Part shown: positions 57,439 through 64,000 of the stretch, one piece after another
How positions within the stretch are numbered: the stretch's first letter is position 1
Layout of the letters: each line of letters opens with the position of its first letter
Source: an uncultured Lachnospiraceae bacterium
GTDB lineage: Bacteria > Bacillota > Clostridia > Lachnospirales > Lachnospiraceae
NCBI GenBank assembly: GCA_947174495.1
Contig: CAMWJC010000008.1
Span: 801 to 64,800 of the forward strand
Reading direction: 5' to 3'
DNA length: 64,000 bases
Notes under the pieces: model-generated
Told to the model about the DNA's origin: nothing
Databases searched by the model: none
Seen by the model: the letters and a program-made list of their open reading frames with translations, nothing else
Translations under genes and position numbers: made by a program

Positions 57439-58614
57439 TTATACCATACCTTTCTCGCTTCGCTTCATTACTTCAAAGCACATTCTACCATTATGATAAG
57501 GGCATTTCCACGGTTCTACAATAGGTCTTTCGGGATAGGGAACACCTTTGGGATCAACTTCCCAGAACCATTCGGAACCTGCACGTTTGTCAACAACATA
57601 TTTCTTGATAAATTCCCATGTGTTTTTTGCTGCTTCTAAGTACTCAGGCTTATCAGGATTTTTATTCCAACCGTTCAAAAATCCTACCACTGTCTCCGCC
57701 TGCACCCACCAGATCCTGTGTATGTTTACCACACCCTTCTCACATTCGTTCGCAAGAGAGTGTCCGTCAAAAGCAACCTTATAAATTTGCGCTGTAAGGT
57801 CTTTGGTTATGGGGGTCATCTTCTCTTCGTATTTCTTCTCACCTAATACCTCCACGCCCCGGTCAATGAGCCATGCAGTCTCAATGTCATGACCATAGGA
57901 GTGCAGATCCAGAATTGAATTCATATTAGCATCAAAGAATACCTCCTGCCTGTGAAGCTCCGGATTATAAACCTTTTCTGCAAAGGTGTCCATTATCCAC
58001 ATAAGGCGCTCTTTCACTTCCGGAAGACCTGCCACACGGTAAAGCTCCGTATAAGCCTCAAATACATGCAAAAGTGTGTTCATGGTCTTCTGCGCAATCA
58101 CGCCATTCTCGGAAAGCTTATCATTTTCGATTTCCCGAAATTCCTTATCAAATGCTTCCTTGTATCCGATCTCATCCGTACATCTCTCTTCGATGATATG
58201 AAACAATTCCTTTGCCATGAACAAAGCCTCTTCATCCTTTGAAGCTTCATAGTAAGAAGAGAGTGCGTAGATGGCAAATGCCTGATTATAAGTATGCTTT
58301 GTAGTATCCTCCGGCTCCCCGTTATATTTGATCGACCAGAAAATACCTCCGTTTTCCTTATCTATGCAGTGTTCTTTCATAAATGCAAACCCATGCTTTG
58401 CTTCCTCCAAAAGACTTTCATCCTTTAAAAGCGTATAAGCATTGGAAAAGAACCACATAATACGACTGTTTAAAATACAGCCTTTCACTGCATTTTTGTT
58501 CAGCTTAAGGTCATAATCCATCCAGCCATAATATCCGCCGAATTCCTCATCCCTTAAAGCCTTCCAAAAAGGAATGATTTTTTCAACAAGATGGCTTTTT
58601 ACTTCACTTACCAT
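57439..58614 (-). CDS. Cellobiose/mannobiose 2-epimerase (AGE family; alternative start 58635)
   Basis: [51 protein letters not shown]. Confidence 0.93.
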   Translation of the reverse strand: MVSEVKSHLVEKIIPFWKALRDEEFGGYYGWMDYDLKLNKNAVKGCILNSRIMWFFSNAYTLLKDESLLEEAKHGFAFMKEHCIDKENGGIFWSIKYNGEPEDTTKHTYNQAFAIYALSSYYEASKDEEALFMAKELFHIIEERCTDEIGYKEAFDKEFREIENDKLSENGVIAQKTMNTLLHVFEAYTELYRVAGLPEVKERLMWIMDTFAEKVYNPELHRQEVFFDANMNSILDLHSYGHDIETAWLIDRGVEVLGEKKYEEKMTPITKDLTAQIYKVAFDGHSLANECEKGVVNIHRIWWVQAETVVGFLNGWNKNPDKPEYLEAAKNTWEFIKKYVVDKRAGSEWFWEVDPKGVPYPERPIVEPWKCPYHNGRMCFEVMKRSEKGMV

Positions 58615-58636
58615 CGCTATCTCTCCTTTCCTCATA

Positions 58637-59485
58637 TTATCCCTTAACCGCTCCGGATGTCAGACCGCTGTAGATCTGCTTCTGGCAGGTAATAAACAAA
58701 ATCAATGCCGGAAGAAGAGAAATAATAACGCCTGCGCAAATCAGATTATACTTGCTTCCCAAAGGACCTACAAAAGTATAAAGAGAAGTAGCCACGGTAG
58801 GAAGTCTCTTTTTATCCTGTAGATACAAATTTGCAGAATAGTACTCATTGTACGTTCCTACACCTTTTAAGATACAGGAAGTGACAATAGCAGGCTTTAA
58901 AAGCGGAAGTAATATTTTGTAGAAAATTGTGAAATAAGATGCTCCATCCACAATTGCCGACTCATCCAATGACACCGATATATTCTCAAAAAACTGAATG
59001 TAGATATAAATTGATATAACATCCGTACCGCACATCATAATGATATACCCAGGAAGGGTATTAATAAAGTGCAAATTCGTCATAATTTCATATACCGATA
59101 CCTGCATAGCAACACCGGGAAGCAGGGTTGCAAATAAGAATAAATTTCGAATCAGATTATTTCCTGGGAATTTAAACCTGTTCAGCACATAAGCAAGCTG
59201 TGTACCCACAAATACAGATATCACCAGCACGCAGACCAGAATAATAACCGAGTTTATGAATGCACGCCCCATGTTTGCTTTCTGGAATGCCTGAATAAAG
59301 TTATCAAAATTCAGCCAGTTCTGCGGCGGAACCATTACATTTGTCTGTTGATACTCCGTATCTGTCTTAAATGCAGTAATGGCACAGGAAACAACTGGCA
59401 AAACTGCCACAAATGAGAAAAATACCAATGAAAAATACTTCAAGAAAACTAATAAATACTTGCAAATTTTCTGTAATAGTGTCAT
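58637..59485 (-). CDS. Carbohydrate ABC transporter permease (MalG-like)
   Basis: SLDESAIVDGASY EAA loop; TM helices; SGAVKG terminus. Confidence 0.93.
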   Translation of the reverse strand: MTLLQKICKYLLVFLKYFSLVFFSFVAVLPVVSCAITAFKTDTEYQQTNVMVPPQNWLNFDNFIQAFQKANMGRAFINSVIILVCVLVISVFVGTQLAYVLNRFKFPGNNLIRNLFLFATLLPGVAMQVSVYEIMTNLHFINTLPGYIIMMCGTDVISIYIYIQFFENISVSLDESAIVDGASYFTIFYKILLPLLKPAIVTSCILKGVGTYNEYYSANLYLQDKKRLPTVATSLYTFVGPLGSKYNLICAGVIISLLPALILFITCQKQIYSGLTSGAVKG

Positions 59486-60475
59486 TTATCTCCCCGCCTT
59501 TCTTGCTGCCATTTTAGCCAGCTTCTTGTCACGCTTTGCCGTTGCATTTAAATCCTCGTCATCTGCACTCTTAAATACATATTTAAAGAATAATTTCTGC
59601 AAAATCGTTGCGGCAAAAATAATCATCAACAGTACAACTGCCATTGCCGATGCCAAACCTACCTTCTGCTGGGTATGGGCTATCTCATGCATAATTACGA
59701 AATAAGTACCGGTTCCGTTTGCACCGCTGGTAATAACATAAGGCGGTTCAAAAGCACTCAAAGAACCTGTGATTGATAAGATAACATTCAATGTGATAAT
59801 CGTCTTAATGCTCGGCAGAATAATGTACTTAAACTGCTGGAATCTGTTTGCACCATCCAACATGGCAGCTTCGTACAATTCTCCATCTACCGACATAATA
59901 GCGCCGATAAAAAGTACCATATTCTGTCCGAAATAACGCCAAACAGAAGTACCCACCAGGGAAATATTGTTAACACCCTTGTCTCTTAACCAATAAGGAA
60001 GATTATCGAGTTGAAAACCGCACCACTGCAGCACGGTATCAAACACAAAGCCTCTGGTGTAGAAAAACTTAAAAATAAAACCAATTGCTATACCGTTGAT
60101 TAGGAAAGGGAAAAACATAAATCCTTTAAAGATGCCGCTTCCTTTCACTTTAAAGCTTAATACGGTTGCCAGATATAAGGACAGTGCTAACTGCACAACA
60201 GAACCTACCATATAATACAGACTAAGCTTTAATGCGCCAAAGCAGTCATCCCTTTGGAATACTCTTATATAATTTTTAAATCCTACAAATTTCCTTGCAC
60301 CTACATATTTCATATTGTAGAAACTAAAACCAAACATCTCTGCAAAAGGCAGATAGGTAAATACAAAAAGCAATAAAAGCGGAACTGTCATAAATGCTAC
60401 CATTACAAATACTTTCTGCCCATCTCTGCTTGTTGCCCACTGCCCAAACGATCTTTTTCGCGGCTTCGTTGCCAT
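59486..60475 (-). CDS. Carbohydrate ABC transporter permease (MalF-like)
   Basis: FVGFKNY; ELYEAAMLDGANRFQQFKYIILP; start MATKPR with AAGGAGG RBS. Confidence 0.93.
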   Translation of the reverse strand: MATKPRKRSFGQWATSRDGQKVFVMVAFMTVPLLLLFVFTYLPFAEMFGFSFYNMKYVGARKFVGFKNYIRVFQRDDCFGALKLSLYYMVGSVVQLALSLYLATVLSFKVKGSGIFKGFMFFPFLINGIAIGFIFKFFYTRGFVFDTVLQWCGFQLDNLPYWLRDKGVNNISLVGTSVWRYFGQNMVLFIGAIMSVDGELYEAAMLDGANRFQQFKYIILPSIKTIITLNVILSITGSLSAFEPPYVITSGANGTGTYFVIMHEIAHTQQKVGLASAMAVVLLMIIFAATILQKLFFKYVFKSADDEDLNATAKRDKKLAKMAARKAGR

Positions 60476-60516
60476 ACGCTCTCCCTCCTTAATCAACTGC
60501 ATCCCTTTCGATAAGT

Positions 60517-60548
60517 AGAGCCAAGGAGATATTCCTCCCCTTGGCTCT
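60517..60548 (-). promoter_or_regulatory. Stem-loop between the SBP gene and the permease gene (mRNA stabiliser/attenuator)
   Basis: AGAGCCAAGG (60517-60526) / CCTTGGCTCT (60539-60548); no U-tract on the minus strand. Confidence 0.65.
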
Positions 60549-60601
60549 TCTATTCACATAAAACGAACTCTCTGTTCAGATATACTTTGTTATCTGATTA
60601 A

Positions 60602-62074
60602 TTATTTAACCTCAATTCCAAGCTCTTCTTGAGCATCATTCCAAGCTGCTGTCCAGTCTGCCATGATGTCATCAAAGGTTTCGGAACCGGTAGCTGCTGC
60701 TTCTACGATTCTCTGTACCTTTGTATTTCCGCCTGCATTGAAGGAAAGCTCTGACTCTGCATTGATATCATTCAACATAGTCTCTTCACCGGCAAGTGCT
60801 GGCTGATCAGCTAATACGGTACATCCGTCAAATGCAGCATACATATCAGGATTCTTACCATTCTTGTCAACAGTGTAGCCGCCTTCATTATAGCACCAGC
60901 CAGACTCCTCTGTCATCCATTTAATAAATACCATAGCTGCTGTCTTATTTTCATCAGAAGAGTTAACATTAATTGCAAAGTTGAAGTCTCCACCAGCTAA
61001 AGCATACTGTGTTCCGTTTACAGACATCGGGAACGGCATATATCCAATATCATCACCGTGGTCACCTGCTTCTACCATCTGAGCAAAAGCCCATGAACCA
61101 AGTACCATGGTTCCGATTTCGCCTCTGTTGATCATACCCTTGCAGCCTTCCCAGTCGGTTGTAGTGTAGTCGTCTTCAATCAATCCATTTGCAACTGCGT
61201 CAAACAGGATCTTGTAAAGTGCATAAGCGCCTGTTCCATCACCGTTATCCTTGAATGGATCTGCAGCGTGTGCGAACTTCTGATTCATGTAGGTGTCGTC
61301 GCCATTTGAAACAACACCGATATAAGCATCCCATGCACCCATGGTCCAGCCTGCCGCATAGTTGGTATAGAGAGGAATTGCATCAGTATTATCCTTGATT
61401 GCCTGCAGAGCTGCAATAAACTCATCCGGGGTCTTGGGAAGTTCTGTCACACCAGCTGCCTCAAATACAGCCTTATTGTAAACAACGCCCTGGGCATTAG
61501 CCATGTAAGGAACACCATAACTGATTCCATCAAACTGCCATGCATCAGCAAAGTTGATTTCCTTAGCCATATTGTCCAAAGTATCAAGAGGCTGGAAATA
61601 AGTTGCAAGCTCAGACTTATCTACAGCAGGAATAAACATGATATCACCCCAGTCACCGCTGGAAAGACGAAGTAATGAATCCTCATGATAATCCGTAATT
61701 GCTTCCGGTTCAACAGTGATATTGGGATATACTTTATTGAAATCAGCAATCATAGCATCAATTGTTCCGTCCTCGGCACGGTCTGTCTTGTGGTGCAGCC
61801 ACTTAATAGTAGCTGTAAGATCTGTGTAATCAGTACCAACATTTACCTGTGAATAAGAGGGTACTCCCTCAGCAGGCGCTGCTGCGTCTGCACTGTCATC
61901 TGCATTAGCTGCAGGTGCGTCTGTGCTGTCATTTGCATTGTCTGCAGGTGCGTCTGTGCTAGTATCAGCCGCAGGTGTGTCTGTGTTTGTGTCTGCGTTT
62001 CCGCCGCCACAGGCAACCAATGATAATGTCATTGTTGCTGCCAGAGCAAGCGCTAAAACTTTTTTCAATTTCAT
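60602..62074 (-). CDS. Carbohydrate ABC solute-binding lipoprotein (manno-oligosaccharide-binding type), copy 2
   Basis: Lipobox LVA-C; Asp/Ala/Thr linker; FNKVYPNITV, PLYTNYAAGW, LGSWA; mannan locus context. Confidence 0.92.
   Translation of the reverse strand: MKLKKVLALALAATMTLSLVACGGGNADTNTDTPAADTSTDAPADNANDSTDAPAANADDSADAAAPAEGVPSYSQVNVGTDYTDLTATIKWLHHKTDRAEDGTIDAMIADFNKVYPNITVEPEAITDYHEDSLLRLSSGDWGDIMFIPAVDKSELATYFQPLDTLDNMAKEINFADAWQFDGISYGVPYMANAQGVVYNKAVFEAAGVTELPKTPDEFIAALQAIKDNTDAIPLYTNYAAGWTMGAWDAYIGVVSNGDDTYMNQKFAHAADPFKDNGDGTGAYALYKILFDAVANGLIEDDYTTTDWEGCKGMINRGEIGTMVLGSWAFAQMVEAGDHGDDIGYMPFPMSVNGTQYALAGGDFNFAINVNSSDENKTAAMVFIKWMTEESGWCYNEGGYTVDKNGKNPDMYAAFDGCTVLADQPALAGEETMLNDINAESELSFNAGGNTKVQRIVEAAATGSETFDDIMADWTAAWNDAQEELGIEVK
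61893..61958. repeat. 33-bp tandem repeat (2 copies) encoding the SBP linker
   Basis: CTGTCATCTGCATTAGCTGCAGGTGCGTCTGTG / CTGTCATTTGCATTGTCTGCAGGTGCGTCTGTG. Confidence 0.8.
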
Positions 62075-62429
62075 AATAACATATCCTCCTTACTTATTTG
62101 CCGCTTCATTTTTTACTTGGCGGTAGGTTACTTACATTACTTAATTTTAATTATATTTGCTTTATTTTTTTAATCATCATTCAAACTTGCAAATAATATT
62201 CTATTATTGCGCCATTTGGACATTTCTTCTTTTTTCACAATTTTCAACCCTTAAAACTATGCATTTTGTACACTATTTCTTTTCATTTTTATACTCTTAT
62301 CCGCTTAATAAATTATTTTAATTTAATTTTAAGTATTTTATTAGCTTAATATTCTTTTGTAAGCTAATAAATCATAATTTTACACTATAACTTTTATCTT
62401 TTCCAAAGCCACAATTTATATGCATTTTC

Positions 62430-62462
62430 AAAAAGTCGAGCCGGAGAAAAACTCTCCGGCTC
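62430..62462 (-). terminator. Intrinsic terminator after SBP copy 1
   Basis: GAGCCGGAGA-5 nt-TCTCCGGCTC followed by GACTTTTT on the minus strand. Confidence 0.75.
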
Positions 62463-62495
62463 AAAAAATTAATTCACTAATTGTTAATCTTTAAA

Positions 62496-63971
62496 TTAGT
62501 TATTTACTTCAACTCCCAGTTCTTCCTGCGCTGCATTCCATGATGCTGTCCAGTCTGCCATAATATCATCAAAGGTTTCGGAACCGGTAGCTGCTGCCTC
62601 AATGATTCTCTGTACCTTTGTGTTTCCGCCTGCGTTGAAGGAAAGCTCTGACTCCGCATTCATCTCACCAAGGAGATCCTCTTCACCTGCGATTGCCGGA
62701 ACATCTGACAACATAGTACAGCTGTCAAATGCGGAATACATATCAGGGTTTGTACCTCCCTTATAGGTTGAATAGCATCCTTCAGAATTGTTCCAGTTAG
62801 ATGCCTCAAGCATCCACTTAATGAATACAAGTGAAGCGATCTTGTTATCATCAGAAGAATTAATGTTTACTGCGTAATTGTAATCGCCACCTGCAAGAAC
62901 ATACTGTGTGCCGTTTACAGTCATAGGGAACGGCATATAACCAATATCATCACCGTGGTCACCTGCTTCTACCATCTGGGAGAATGCCCATGAACCAAGT
63001 ACCATTGCTCCGATCTCACCATTATTGATCATACCCTTGCAGCCTTCCCAGTCAGTTGTGGTATAGTCATCCTCGATCAGACCATTTGCAACTGCATCAA
63101 AGAGAATCTTATAAAGGTTGTAAATACCTGTGCCATCACCGGGATCTTCAAACGGAGATGCTGTATGAGCAAATTTCTGGTTCATAAAAGTATCATCACC
63201 ATTTGAAACAACACCAACATATGCATCCCATGCTCCCATGGTCCAGCCTGCTGCATAATTCGTGTAAAGAGGGATAGCATCGGTGTTATCCTTGATTGCC
63301 TGAAGAGCTGCGATAAATTCATCGGGGGTTGTAGGAAGCGCTGTGACTCCTGCTGCTTCAAACACTGCCTTGTTGTAAACAACACCCTGTGCATTGCCCC
63401 ATACCGGAATACCATAGCAGATTCCGTCATAAGAATTTGCATTAACAAAGTTTAATTCCTTGCTCATATCATCCAGTGAACCTAAAGGCAGGTAATATGT
63501 GCTCAGTTCCTTTGTATCAATTGCCGGGATCCACATAACATCACCCCAGTCACCTGTGGATAATCTTAAAAGTGCATCCTCTGCATAATCTGTAACACCT
63601 TCGGTCTCAACTGTGATGTTCGGATACATCTTATTGAACTCTGCCAGAAGTGCTGCCATGGTTCCATCTTCCTCACGGTCTGTTCTGCAGTGAAGGAACT
63701 TGATGGTTGCCGTCAAATCCGTGTAGTCTTCTCCAAGTTTAATATCCAGATATCCGGGAACACCTTCTACAGGTGCTTCTGCTTCTGCCTCTGCACTGTC
63801 ATTTGCATTGTCTGCAGGTGCCTCTGCCTCATCATTTGCATTGTCTGCAGGTGCTTCTGTGCTTGTGTCATCTACAGGTGTGTTTGTGTTTGCATCTCCA
63901 CCGCCACAGGCAGCCAATGATAAAGTCATTGCCGCTGCAAGTGCAAGCGCTAAAACCTTTTTCAGTTTCAT
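62496..63971 (-). CDS. Carbohydrate ABC solute-binding lipoprotein, copy 1 (close paralog of 60602-62074)
   Basis: Near-identical signal peptide (MKLKKVLALALAA..TLSL.AC) and long identical blocks with copy 2; AAGGAGG RBS. Confidence 0.92.
   Translation of the reverse strand: MKLKKVLALALAAAMTLSLAACGGGDANTNTPVDDTSTEAPADNANDEAEAPADNANDSAEAEAEAPVEGVPGYLDIKLGEDYTDLTATIKFLHCRTDREEDGTMAALLAEFNKMYPNITVETEGVTDYAEDALLRLSTGDWGDVMWIPAIDTKELSTYYLPLGSLDDMSKELNFVNANSYDGICYGIPVWGNAQGVVYNKAVFEAAGVTALPTTPDEFIAALQAIKDNTDAIPLYTNYAAGWTMGAWDAYVGVVSNGDDTFMNQKFAHTASPFEDPGDGTGIYNLYKILFDAVANGLIEDDYTTTDWEGCKGMINNGEIGAMVLGSWAFSQMVEAGDHGDDIGYMPFPMTVNGTQYVLAGGDYNYAVNINSSDDNKIASLVFIKWMLEASNWNNSEGCYSTYKGGTNPDMYSAFDSCTMLSDVPAIAGEEDLLGEMNAESELSFNAGGNTKVQRIIEAAATGSETFDDIMADWTASWNAAQEELGVEVNN
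63799..63854. repeat. 33-bp-period repeat encoding the EAPADNAND linker
   Basis: TCATTTGCATTGTCTGCAGGTGC at 63799-63821 and 63832-63854. Confidence 0.8.
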
Positions 63972-64000
63972 AATAATTTTCCTCCTTTTATTTGCCGCTC

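Noticed and set aside
60602-63971. Assembly artefact duplicating the SBP gene
   Set aside because: The copies differ by many synonymous and non-synonymous changes and have different flanks.

Overview
A gene-dense chromosomal segment of a spore-forming, probably motile Clostridia/Lachnospiraceae-type bacterium. This assignment is inferred from spoVT, the hrcA-grpE-dnaK-dnaJ operon with a CIRCE element, sigma-A promoters and a Roseburia-like mannan locus. Most genes lie on the minus strand. From left to right: (1) a truncated M20 amidohydrolase, an Opp/Dpp ABC transporter, and cysK, patB/malY and metB-like sulfur genes; (2) a MATE pump with an AraC-GyrI regulator, a stand-alone C39 peptidase and spoVT; (3) a ~400-nt intergenic region made almost entirely of hairpins; (4) a four-gene rare-sugar module (AraC, GH151/GHL6-like glycosidase, D-psicose/D-tagatose 3-epimerase, L-fucose/D-arabinose isomerase) with no kinase, aldolase or transporter; (5) housekeeping genes (pflX, DUF6056, mutS2, a two-component system, trmL, SIMPL, alaRT-like pair, AIR-synthase-like, VanW, and a 35-aa membrane mini-protein missing from the ORF track); (6) the dnaK operon; (7) three tandem Gfo/Idh/MocA oxidoreductases with AraC, a histone-H1-like DUF6465 protein, uppP and an aminotransferase; (8) a beta-mannan utilisation locus (two paralogous solute-binding proteins, permeases, epimerase, two GH130 phosphorylases, CE17, GH1-PMI fusion) carrying an inserted chemoreceptor and a GH2 beta-galactosidase. 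No rRNA, tRNA, CRISPR array, transposase or phage genes were seen. The best candidates for something new are the glycosidase/isomerase/3-epimerase module and the hairpin-chain intergenic element next to it. Family assignments come from motif recognition by eye, not from database searches.
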